Part shown: piece by piece, positions 49,320-59,979 of the stretch | How the letters are laid out: each line of letters starts with the position of its first letter | Position numbering within the stretch: position 1 is the stretch's first letter | Origin: the human T2T-CHM13v2.0 reference genome, Homo sapiens | NCBI RefSeq assembly: GCF_009914755.1 | Contig: NC_060932.1 | Length of the DNA: 64,000 bases | Strand: one strand, 5' to 3' | Made by a program: the position numbers and the translations under genes | Notes under the pieces: model-generated | Seen by the model: only the letters and a program-made list of their open reading frames with translations | What the model was told of the DNA's origin: nothing | The model's database searches: none

Positions 49320-49828
49320 GGTATCCCAGATGGTCATGACATATTCTCCGCTTGAGTCATAACTCATCCCAATGTCCAGTTTTTCAGCCACTCTGCCCAG
49401 ACTTCAAGGTGGAAAGAACTCAGCACTTACCCAGTCCCACTACCTGTTTCCGCATAATATGCCCTCTAATTGTTCAGCATCAGATTTAATATCACCCAAA
49501 GAGTAAGAAGATGCCTGCACAAGACTGTCCATGTGTGGGTAATTTAACAGCTAAGAATCATCGTCATCCTGCAGTGAAAGCTGTCCTTGGAGCTCCCATC
49601 TTATACTTTTCTTTTGATTCCACAGCCCAGCTAAAATTAGTATTAGCAAATATTGCTGGTGCCCTGCCTTAAATGGAGAAATATGGAGTTATCTGTGTAG
49701 AAGTTATAAAATTATAGGGAAGAAAAGCCCAGCCATTTCAAAATCACCAGTTATTTTATCATTTGACAGATACTTTCTACTAGGATGTTGAAATGTCTTC
49801 TGAGCTTAAATAGCATCCACTTTTAAGA
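49320..49828 (+). repeat. Diverged dispersed duplication, copy A (PCAT1 intron)
   Basis: Colinear with 52110-52610; shared blocks include CATAATATGCCCT, TCAGATTTAATA, CAGTGAAAGCTGTCCTTGGA, GCAAATATTGC, CTTAAATGGAGAAAT, TACTAGGAT. Confidence 0.85.
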
Positions 49829-49835
49829 TTCGTAG

Positions 49836-50032
49836 AAAGTCAGATAGCAAATATTTTGGGTTTTGTGGTCCATACATCCTCTATCACAATGACATGACTA
49901 TGCCATATTAGTGAAAAAGCAGCCATAAACAATACATAAATGAATGAGAACAGCTGTAATTCTAGTAAAACTTTATTTACAAAAGCAGGTACCAGGTTGG
50001 ATTTGACTCCTGCGCTATAGTTTCTGAATCCT
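49836..50032. mobile_element. MER58A-like (hAT-Charlie)
   Basis: CAGATAGCAAATATTTT...AAAGCAGCCATAAACAATAC...AAAACTTTATTTACAAAAGCAGG. Confidence 0.7.
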
Positions 50033-52109
50033 ATACTAGAGAATTTGGTAACTGGAATGTTTAAAGACATTGGATTTTTATCACTATTATTAAAAATGCA
50101 TGATTATTATTTTTAAAAATTGCAATACAGAGAAACATAAAGAAAATTAACAATCATCTTTAGATAATCATTATGAAATCAGTATATTGTCTCTCAGTTT
50201 TTAATGAGTTGTTTTATATACTCTGAGTCTGCTGTTTAAACAATTTTATATCTTGTTTTTATCCTTAGCATGACATTGTAAGCTTTTAATACGTTATTTT
50301 AAACTCTGTGTTGGCATTATTTTTAATGGCTATATAACATTTCACTGAGTAAATATTCCAAAGTAGAAGTTACATAAGCAAACATCCCTCCTCTATTAAC
50401 TATTTAAGGTTTTCCCAATGTTTGTCTTGGAAAAAATACTACAGGGAAGCACAGGCATACATTTTCCCTTGTGTTTTAAATTATTTCCATAGGTTGGTCT
50501 TTAAGAAAAGGAATTATTGAGTAGAGGTTTTGAACACTTGAAGGTTTTTATTATATACTACCAAATAACTTTCTAAAGGGGCTCATTCTCATCTACATTC
50601 CCAACAGTTATGTATAACCAAGCTTACTTTAGTGAATCCTCTGCATCATCAGGATTTACCATTAAACTAAAAATACCCATGTTACATTATGTAAAAAATG
50701 TTATTGTTTTAATTCATATTTTTATATTGGACTTTTCCCCATGTTTATTATTGACTTATTATTTTCCCTTTGGTGACTTTCATATTCATGACAACAGCAT
50801 TTTCTAGCATTAATTAATCTTAGGAAGAAACATAGGTGAACGAGATTTTCTTAATAAAAATAAGAGCTATGAATTGCTGAATGATACATACCAGACAATT
50901 ATATATAATTTTGTGTGTGCATATAATTTTATCTAATTTTATTTAAGCCTCACAGTGATATTATACTGCTGATATCAACCCTTTTTGTGCAGTCTGATAT
51001 CCCATGTATGTTGAGTGGCACATAAAGTTCAGAGAATGGATTTAGTTGACATTTGCCCCAAATGTCTCTGTGTTTCCTCCCAATAACACTAGCCCACAAT
51101 AATTAGGCACTTAGGTCTAGGGAATGCCCCAAATATTGTATACATATTATCTCAGTTCAATCTCAAAATAACTCCATAATGTAGGTATTATTTTTACTAT
51201 TTTACCAATAAGGAAGCAGAAGTTCTGAGAGAGTACTTTATGTCAGTTAATATGACTTGTAAGTGGTATAGGCAGGGAGCTGGTGCACCTGCCTCCAAAT
51301 CCCAACAGTAAGCACGGCTACTGTGAAGCCTCTTCCTTCTTCCCTGTTCCCTGGGTTTTGGATTCTTGGTCCTGTACCCCTTTCTCAATCTGTTTTTTAT
51401 ACCTGTTTGGGGATGCCTCATTGGGCTTCTTGGTCTTCAGCTTCTAATATGGCTGCATTTTACTTCCTCCTCTAGTTTTGCCATACATGTGCATGCACAG
51501 ACATGCACACCACACATGCATGCACACACACACACACACACAATCTCAGATGACAAAACTTTGTTCCAGAATGCTTCCTACGGGAGAGGAGACACAGCCT
51601 TAAGCAGTAAGCTCTTTCTATGTAGAACTTCTTCAGTAGAAGAACTCAAGCATTAAAATATTGAAAATTATCTTCTTCTAGATAATTTACATAAATAAGA
51701 TGGGTCCAGATTTAAACATTAACAGGGTGAGATCAGATTATGTGATTTTCATAAGATTGGTGCTCTAGTTTACATGTGTGAGGGCCTTTGTAGTCAAATC
51801 TTTTTCTCTATGCAAATGAGCTTCAAACAAACAGCACTGCTGATCCCCAACCTTCGGATTCTCTTTTATGCCCTTTTAATTTCCCTTTTGGCCCACGTCA
51901 AGAACCACATATTTGAATATCATGTAGGATTTAGTTTTCAAATTTGGTTGTGGCTTGTACTTAGAAAAACTGCTTGATACTGGAAAGGTATACTTCTGCA
52001 GTTTGTGTTTACTTACAAGTTCAAAGAGCTCTTTTCTTGTTTCAATCTAGTCTCTTTTCAGAGTCTGGATAATGTTGGACTCATGCTTACCAAATAGGAT
52101 GTTGCTGAA

Positions 52110-52610
52110 GCATCCCAAATGGTCACGATGGATGTTCTACTTGACTCATAACTCATCCTAGATCCCAGTGTTTTAAACGCCTGCCTAGACTAGAAGGTGG
52201 AAAAGACATGCACTTACCCAGACCCATTGCCTGTTTCCTCATAATATGCCCTGAAAGTGCATGTCCAGTGTCAGATTTAATACCACTTAAGGGGAATTGG
52301 GCAAGACCATCCCATATCTGGATAACGCAACCACTAGGAATCATCCTCATCTCTCAGTGAAAGCTGTCCTTGGAATTTCCTTCTTGCACTGTTCTTTTGA
52401 ACTCTACATTTTGCAAGCTAAATTTGATAACAGCAAATATTGCCAATGCCCTGGCTTAAATGGAGAAATTTAGAAATATTTGTGTAGAAATTATAAAATT
52501 GTACAGGAGAACTGACCACCTTGAAATCTCCAGCATTTTTTCACTGGACAGGCCAATTTTACTAGGATACTGAAACATTTCTCCAGGTTGAATACCATCA
52601 ATTCTCAAGC
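52110..52610 (+). repeat. Diverged dispersed duplication, copy B (PCAT1 intron)
   Basis: Same order of conserved blocks as 49320-49828. Confidence 0.85.
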
Positions 52611-53691
52611 TGTCAGGCTATGTCATGGCCCCATTCAGAGAAAAGTGATGGCCTCATAGGCTTCCACTTTGGTCAAGCTGGTGGCCCCACGTTCACCTCC
52701 CTGGACCCATTCTCAGCATTCTGAGAAGCCCTGTATTGAGGGATCTCTTCTTGAATCAGAACTACCATTCCTGGGGTATGTGCAATATAATTGCTTCTAC
52801 CTAGAATAGAGTCTTACTCCCAGATCATGAGATTAGCAAATACAAAGGCAGAGAGATTACCTAGTCTCACCTCATTTTTACTACAATGCTATGAAAGAGA
52901 TCCTAGATTTACCCCCAAGTTCAGAGAGTAAGAAAGAAGAGTTATAGAGACAACGAGATTGTAAATATGAAAATTGTTGAATGTTTGAGGCAACCACTGT
53001 TTTGCCCATGTGATTCTGCTTTCCAATTCCAAATCATTTATGATCCCTTTATAGTGAGTGACACAATTTTTCTGATGGTAGAGAACAGTAGAAATTTCAA
53101 TAGACTTACAATGAAACACTTTTAGGTTCGAGTCCTGCTTATGCATTTTATAAGTCTTGCCTACTTGGGCAAATTCCATAATCTCTTTAAGCTCCAGTTT
53201 CCTGATGGAGATAATAACACATGTGTTGCTGAATATTTGTGAGACTTCAACATTCTAAAGTATGTGAAAATTTAAAGTATAGATCTTGGAACACAATGGG
53301 GATTCATAATGTTATTTTCTCCCTGTCTTTTCCTTTTCACTCCTTCTCTTCTTTCTTTCTATTTTTCTTTGTCTTTGTCTTTCTTCCATGCAAAGTCTAG
53401 TTATTAGTGAAGTTCACCTTTTGATTCCAAGTTCAGTCTTCTTCTAGAAGTCTAGTCGGAATCCAGGGAGGCAGTGCATTTATGGGCTAGGGTAGGAATA
53501 AGTCAAAATTCTGGACGAAAAGTAAATAGAAACGTTCATTTGGAGGATGAACTTGCAGTGCTCTCCAAAGACCTAAGAGAAGAGGCTGACGCTGAATTTG
53601 GGTCTGACCATATTTCTAATGCACTTCTCAGCAGAGTACTCCCACCCTTGGCTTCTCCCATTCATTTGTATGGCTCTAGCTTCTTCTAAAC

Positions 53692-53880
53692 CATTTGTTC
53701 TCAAAATGTGTTCCCAGGACAAGCGACATCAGCATCACCTGAGAACTCGTTAGAGAAGCCAATGCTTGGACCGCATTCTAGACCTACTAAATCAGAAACT
53801 CTGGGGGTGGAACCCAGAAATTTGTATTTTAATAAGCCTTCCAGGTCACCCTAATGCATGCTCAAGTTTGAGAACAACTG
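53692..53880. mobile_element. MER5A-like
   Basis: GTTCTCAAAATGTG...ATCAGCATCACCTG...AATCAGAAACTCTGGGG...AGTTTGAGAACAACTG. Confidence 0.75.
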
Positions 53881-54419
53881 CCCTTCACCAATTTTACTTC
53901 AGGTGTCCCCTCCTACACCAAGGAAAAGGCAGCCTTGAAACTTGGCATTAGACTGTCAAATTTTCTTAAACAGGTGTCCTCCCATGTGAGCCTTAGGTTA
54001 GCAAATGCTCTAACTAAATTCAGTACCCTAGGCGAGGATCCTGATATAGGTCAGGGATGTTGATTTAGCTAACTTGTTTCTCCAAAAAATGCTTTTGAAG
54101 TGTCTGAGTTAAATAAACATTTGCAATAAACCCAAACTTTATTACTTGGCCTCTTTCATCATGTCCTTATCAAAATCCTCTCTTGGAGCCTATTCAAAGG
54201 AGATTCTGAAGACAAGGCAGGCTTATAACTCCTGCTTCCCAGGTCATAGGATTCATGTGCTATGAGAATCATACTGCTGCTGCATGCTTTCATCACTCTG
54301 CCCCATCCCTGAATTTAGAGTAAACATTTCTTCTTAATAAAAATGAATATGAGAAAATTTTAATGTCCACAACTGTCCTGCAAGGTATAAGTTTTTTTAT
54401 AGATCAGGAAATCCAGGCA

Positions 54420-54833
54420 GTGATTGGTTACTAGAGTAGATGCTGTTAATTTCACACTCCATGTCCCGAAGCTCGCTGCTGAGTTCACCTGAAGCTTACA
54501 GCTTTTTACTTCAAGTGCTTCTCAACCCATCAGACCAGAAGCTGGAAACTGCCAAGGGTAGCTCTCACACAGTGAGAGAAAAGAGACAGGGGATAAATAT
54601 CCTAGCTGGCCTCTCCCTTGGCAGGAAAAGTCTGAGGTTTACACGGTGACTCAAATGGTCCCCAGAAGGATTGAACCCCTACAGTGGCAATGGCTCATTC
54701 GGACCCTCTTTATTGCTTTCTCTCCCTTCTGTCTTACTTTCCTCAGTTCCTTCCTTATTTGAGAACAAATTCGAAATAAATTCCTGTGCTCAAGTTTTTG
54801 TTTCAGGATCTACTTCAGGAACCCAAAGCAAAG
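54420..54833 (+). mobile_element. ERVL LTR (LTR16-like) immediately upstream of Hsmar1
   Basis: GGGATAAATATCC...TCCCCAG..GGATTGAACCCC...AAATAAA..CCTG..CTCAAG...GGAACCCAAA. Confidence 0.55.
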
Positions 54834-55044
54834 TAGTTGGATGACTTGATCAAGGTCATACATATATTACATGAGTGCAAAAGTAATTGCAGTGTTTGCA
54901 TGGTGGGACTTTGCCATTTGATATTGGAATACGTTCTTATATAAATGTGGTTATGTTATACATCATTTTAATGGACACTTCTCAATTTATATTTTTTTGA
55001 TAAGGACTTATTGCTTATTGTTTATTTTATGTTTATTTTAGACC

Positions 55045-56392
55045 ATGGAAATAATATCAGACAAAAAGCAGATTAGAGCAATTTTCTTTTTCGAGTTCAA
55101 AATGGGTTATAAAGCAGCGGAGACAAACCGCAACATCACCAACGCCTTTGGCCCAGGAACTGCTAATGAAGGTACAGTGCAGTCACTGTTCAGGAAGTTT
55201 TGCAAAGGAGACTAGAGCCTTGAAGATGAGGAGCATAGTGACCAGCCATTGGAAGTCGACAAAGACCAATTGAGAGGAATCATTGAAGCTGATCATCTTA
55301 CAACTACACGAGAAGTTGTCAAAGAACGCAATGTTGACCATTGTGTGGTCTTTTCGCATTTGAAGCAAATTGGAAAGGTGAAAAACTTGATAAGTGGGTG
55401 CCTTGTGAGCTCAGCAAAAATCCAAAAAAATAATCATTTTTAAGTGTTGTCTTCTCTTATTCTACGCAACAACAATAACCATTTTGCAATCGGATTGTGA
55501 TGTGCAATGAAAAGTGGATTTGGGGCCGGGCGCGGTGGCTCACGCCTGTAATCTCAGCACTTTGGAAGGCCAAGGCGGGCAGATCACGAGGTCAGGAGAT
55601 CAAGACCGTCCTGGCTAACACGGTGAAACCCCGTCTCTACTGAAAATACAAAAAATTAGCCGGGTGTGGTGGCTGGCGCCTGTAGTCCCAGCTACAGGCT
55701 GAGGCAGGAGAATGGCATGAACCTGGGAGGCGGAGCTTGCAGTGAGCCGAGACCGTGCCACTGCACTCCAGCCTGGGCGACAGAGCGATACTCCGTCAAA
55801 AAAAAAAAAAAAAAAAAAAAAGACAAGTGGATTTTATATATGGCAACCAGCAATGACCAGCTCAGTGGCTGGACTGAGAAGAAGCTCCAAAGCACTTCCC
55901 AAAGCCAAACTTGCACCAAAAAAAAGGTCAGGGTCACTGTTTGGTGGTCTGCTGCTGGTCTGATCCACCGCTGCTCTCTGAATCCTGGCAAAACCATTAC
56001 ATCTGAGAAGTATGCTCAACAAATCAATGAGCTACGCCAAAAACTGCAGCATCTGCAGCTGGCATTGGTCAACATAACGGGTCCAATTCTTCTCCACGAC
56101 AACGCTCAACTGCACCTTGCGCAAGCAGCGCTTCAAAAGTTGAACAAATTGGGCTACATAGTTTTTCCTCATCCGCCATATTCACCTGACGTCTTGCCAA
56201 CTAACTACCACTTCTTCAAGTATCTCAACAACTTTTTGCAGGGAAAACACTTCCACAACCAGCAGGATGCAGAACACGCTTTCCAAGAGTTTGTCGAATC
56301 CTGACGCACAGATTTTTATGCTACAGGAATAAACTAACTTATTTCTCATTGGCAAAAATGTGTTGATTGTAATGGTTCCTATTTTGATGAAT
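55045..56392 (+). pseudogene. Hsmar1 transposase pseudogene
   Basis: Translates as MEIISDKKQIRAIFFFEFKMG...AFGPGTANE...[49 protein letters not shown]. Stops at 55213 and 56302, frameshifts, Alu insertion. Confidence 0.93.
55524..55821 (+). mobile_element. AluY inserted in Hsmar1 / PCAT1 exon 2
   Basis: GGCCGGGCGCGGTGGCTCACG...; diagnostic GGCTAACACGG and GAGCTTGCAG; A24 tail; TSD AAGTGGATTT (55512-55521 / 55825-55834). Confidence 0.95.
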
Positions 56393-56395
56393 AAA
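56390..56395 (+). terminator. Polyadenylation signal AATAAA of PCAT1, derived from the Hsmar1 transposase stop region
   Basis: ...TATTTTGATGAATAAATGTGTGTTTGAG directly follows the codons for the transposase C-terminus CNGSYFD. Confidence 0.75.
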
Positions 56396-56470
56396 TGTGT
56401 GTTTGAGCCTAGTTATGATGATTTAAAATTCAAGGTCTGAAACCGCAATTACCTTTGCAACAACCTAGGA

Positions 56471-56718
56471 TTCATCCCATATTCTTTATTGCAAAGAAAG
56501 CATAAGATTCTGGTGTTGAGTTTGAATCCTTCATTCTTGTCGATATTCCCCAAGGGCCTGGCATTGTGCAAGCATGTAAGAGACGATGGGGCCTTCATCC
56601 CATATTCTTTAATGCAAAGAAAGCATAAGATTCTGGTGTTGAGTTTGAATCCTTCATTCTTGTCGATACTCCCCAAGGGCCTGGCATTGTGCAAGCATGT
56701 AAGAGACGATGGGGCCTT
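56471..56718. repeat. Tandem duplication, 2 x 123 bp, 2 mismatches
   Basis: TTCATCCCATATTCTTTA...AGACGATGGGGCC starts at 56471 and again at 56594. Confidence 0.95.
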
Positions 56719-57559
56719 ATTTAGAAAATTAGTAGTTGTTGAATTCTCACCTTCCCAAACCCCTCAGCTTTTTTAGAGAAAATTAAATTTGACAATACAC
56801 TTTTGTATCTCCTATTACTGTTGACTTTCCCAACATCTATATGACATGCACAGGACCATAATACCCAACAGGAAATAAGTTCTTAATTTGTTGAATAAAT
56901 GAGTAGATCATGTAGTACATTTCACAATAGACAATAAGGGCCTACAATTTTGAATCACACCAAAGATCACACTGCTGATTAACAACCCAGCAGAACTAAA
57001 AGCCCTGCATCTTCAGGACTGATTTAGTGTTTTTTCTATTCTATCTTGTCATGCCCTTTAAGGGTAAATATTTTCCCAATGTTTTCCCATCACTGGAAGA
57101 AAACTTACATGGTTGAAAGCAATCTATTATTATGAGTACCACTCAAAGTAACTGTCCAGAGCAAATTTATAGTGAAAAACTCTAGTTTGTGTTTTTGAAC
57201 AAATAAGGTCTTTTGGCAGCTGAATGTGAAAGATGTGATGACTGGTACAGCCCACACTCAGAGCAGATTGTGACCAGAGGACAACTACAAGCAAGAATCT
57301 TTGGGGGCTGTTAGATTCTTCAGGCCACACCACTCTGAAATGTTGACAAACTCTTATAAAATTCTCTTGTCTAGGAGTCAGTAAGCATGTTTTAGACATC
57401 TATTATGTGCAAAGCCCAAGGCTAGACACTTCTCAAAATGTATGTGTGATAATAAATTGCTCTATATCTGTTTTTTTTACATCTGCTACTATCCCAAATA
57501 CAGGCCTCCATCCTAATGTGAGACACCTAATGGTGTAAGGCATCTTATGGATATTATTG

Positions 57560-59030
57560 AAATAGCTCCTAATCTGAAGTTTGCATTAGGTTTTTGGTGA
57601 ATACACTTTATCAAGTTATAGAAGTTCTCTTTTGCAGTTTGTTGAGAGTTTGTCATGAATGGATATTAAAACTTATCAAATAATTATTCATTTATTGAGA
57701 ATAATCATAAGATTTTAAAAAAGTGTTAATATAGTAAATTACTTAGGTTAATTTTCTAATGGTAAACCAGTCTTAATAAACTTGGGGGAATAAAAACCCT
57801 ATTTGGTGATGACATATTCTCATCTTTATTTACTACTGGAGTAGGTAGGCTGATATTTTGCTTAGGTTTGTGTATCTGTGTTCATGAGTGATATGGCTTA
57901 TAATTTTCCGTAGTTCTTTTCGTTTTGTCAGGTTTTCTTATGAAGGTTATTCAAGCCTCATAAAATGAATTTGGAAGTGTTCCCTTTTTTTCTATATTCT
58001 GGAAGAGTTTATTTAAGATTGGAATTGTTTGTTCCTTTAATATTTGGTAAAACGTATCCAGATAACCATCTGACCTAGAGTTTTCTTTGTAATGAGATTT
58101 TAAACTACCGGTTTGATTTCTTTAATGTTTATAGGAAAGATTAAGTTTTCTATTACTTATTAAGCCAGACTTGGTAAGCTTTATATTTATATGAATCTTT
58201 CTATTTTCTCTATACTTTCATGTTCCTTGATGTAAAGTTGTTCTTAATATCCCCATTATATTTTTAACCTATTCCATAACTGCACTTACGTTCCTCTTTT
58301 TATTTTTGACCAATTTTGTCAAGCATTTATTTATTTTATTAGGTTTTGTGTGTGTGAACCATCTTTTAGCTTTGTTGAATCTCACCATTGTATACTTATT
58401 TCCTAATTTAGTGTGCCAAGTGTTTCCTAGGGAGTACCTAGCGAACCATAACTGTGGAAGGGGCAGGAAGGGAGCAGAACTGTGCAGAGGGAGATGTTGA
58501 GTAACAGTGCTGGCCTCAGGAGAGACCCCACCAACCCATGGGGAGCTCTGGAGCTGAAGTTACCCATCAGAGTTTTCCTGTGTCAGACCAAAATGGCTGG
58601 GCCTGTGCACCCTGTATGGGCTGCCTCAGGAAGGGGCAAGGCCTTGAAAGAGATACCTGCCTGTGTCTTAGGCAATCTCGGAAGGTGATGCCAGCTATAT
58701 GCTGTCAACTAGAAATACTCCTAGCAGTCAGAGAAAATATCTTTCCTTGAAGCATCACCTTGTTCAATAAACCTTTATTGTGTTCATCTTTAGCTTTTTC
58801 CATTTTTTCCAGTGTCTTAAATTAGATGTTAACCTTATTAATTTTCAACTGCTTTTCTTTTCTAATATGAACATTTGGGGCTAAAATTTTGTCTAAATGC
58901 TACTTTAGCTGCATTGAACAAGTTTTGGCATATTTATCTTTATTATTGTTCAATTCTATGTATGAGTTACTTAGGAACAAATTTCTGAATTTTGACACAT
59001 AGAATTTTATAGTTACATTTTTATTATTTC
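57560..59030 (-). mobile_element. Ancient L1M fragment(s), interrupted by an LTR33-like ERVL LTR (~58415-58755)
   Basis: TTGTTGAGAGTTT..CATGAATGG, GCCTCATAAAATGA..TGGAAGTGTTCCC; GC-richer insert with CCCATGGGGAGCTCTGGAGC. Confidence 0.6.
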
Positions 59031-59339
59031 CCAGTTGATAGAATTTGCAATGAGTTTTCTATCTTATAGCTAAAGTGACAGTTCCAAAGTGGAAAATTGT
59101 TCACATCACTTCAAAGATTCAAACCCATTCAAGGGCTCCCCATTGCCTCCAGAATAAAGTCTAAACTATTAAATGCACTTTAAAGGCTCTTGCTGATATG
59201 GCTTGAACTTACTTCTCCCTCATCACTCCTGCACCCTTTTGCTATTATTTAACCTAATTTTTTTTTTTTTTTATGTCCTCCATCTAGCCAAGTGTGGACT
59301 TGCCTTCAGGCCTATTGACCTTTCATAGACCTTGCCCTC

Positions 59340-59620
59340 TTTTTTTTTTTTTTTTTTTTTCACAGACTCTCGCTCTGTCACCAGGCTGGAGTGCAGTGGT
59401 GCAATCCCCGCCTCTCCCGTTCAAGCAATTCTCCTGCCTCAGCCTACTGAGTAGTTGGTATTACAGGTGTGCGCCACCACGCCCAGCTAATTTTTGTATT
59501 TTTAGTAGAGACAGGGTTTCACCATGTTGCCCAGGATGGTCTCAATCTCTTGACCTCGTGATTCACCTCCTTGGCCTCCCAGAGTGCTGGGATTACAAGT
59601 GTGAACCACCATGCCCAGCC
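59340..59620 (-). mobile_element. AluSc-like with a ~17-nt internal deletion
   Basis: GCAATC|CCCGCCTC lacks the TCGGCTCACTGCAA segment. Confidence 0.88.
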
Positions 59621-59979
59621 TTTCTTTCTTTTTTTTTTTTTTTTTCCAAATTTATCCTTTAGGTATGTTATAAATATCTCTACCTTTTGAAATTCTTCTT
59701 ATGTAGGCTTGCATAAAGCAGGTACCTTCCCTCTGTGTTTCCATAGTGTTTTGCTCCCACACACCTTACCTCATCATATTGAAATTGCATATTCAAGAGA
59801 CTACATCTTTTAATTAGACTCTAAACTCCATGAAGTCAAGAAACACATATATATCTAATTCTCTATTGTATTTCTAATGCATTACTTAGTATATGTAGGT
59901 ACTCGATTTATATTTATCAAATAATAGTAACAGATACCAATTATTATTTACTATTTGTTAGAAATTGTGCAAAGGTTAG

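Larger units (their letters stand above)
48552..56412 (+). ncRNA. PCAT1: PCAT1 (prostate cancer associated transcript 1) lncRNA, canonical two-exon isoform, ~2 kb spliced
   Basis: Recognised 5' sequence ACACATGGATATTGGATATCTGC, plus exon-spanning qPCR primer sites as I recall them (TGAGAAGAGAAATCTATTGGAACC in exon 1; TAAAGCAGCGGAGACAAACC in exon 2). Donor AAG|GTAAGC at 49172/49173, acceptor TTTATTTTAG|ACC at 55041/55042, AATAAA at 56390-56395. The Hsmar1+AluY exon matches the published architecture. Transcript ends are from recall. Confidence 0.93.
55042..56412 (+). ncRNA. PCAT1: PCAT1 exon 2 (Hsmar1 transposase body + AluY)
   Basis: T-rich tract and AG at 55021-55041; poly(A) signal 56390-56395. 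Confidence 0.88.
54867..56468 (+). mobile_element. Full-length Hsmar1 (Tc1/mariner) DNA transposon, inactive, interrupted by AluY
   Basis: Left TIR TTACATGAGTGCAAAAGTAATTGCAGTGTT after TA; right TIR GAAACCGCAATTACCTTTGCAACAACCTAG; about 1.3 kb without the Alu; transposase motifs throughout. Confidence 0.95.

Noticed and set aside
56471-56718. CRISPR-like array or repeat-protein ORFs (81 and 95 aa)
   Set aside because: Two contiguous units with no spacers, in human DNA; the repeated peptides simply reflect the DNA duplication.
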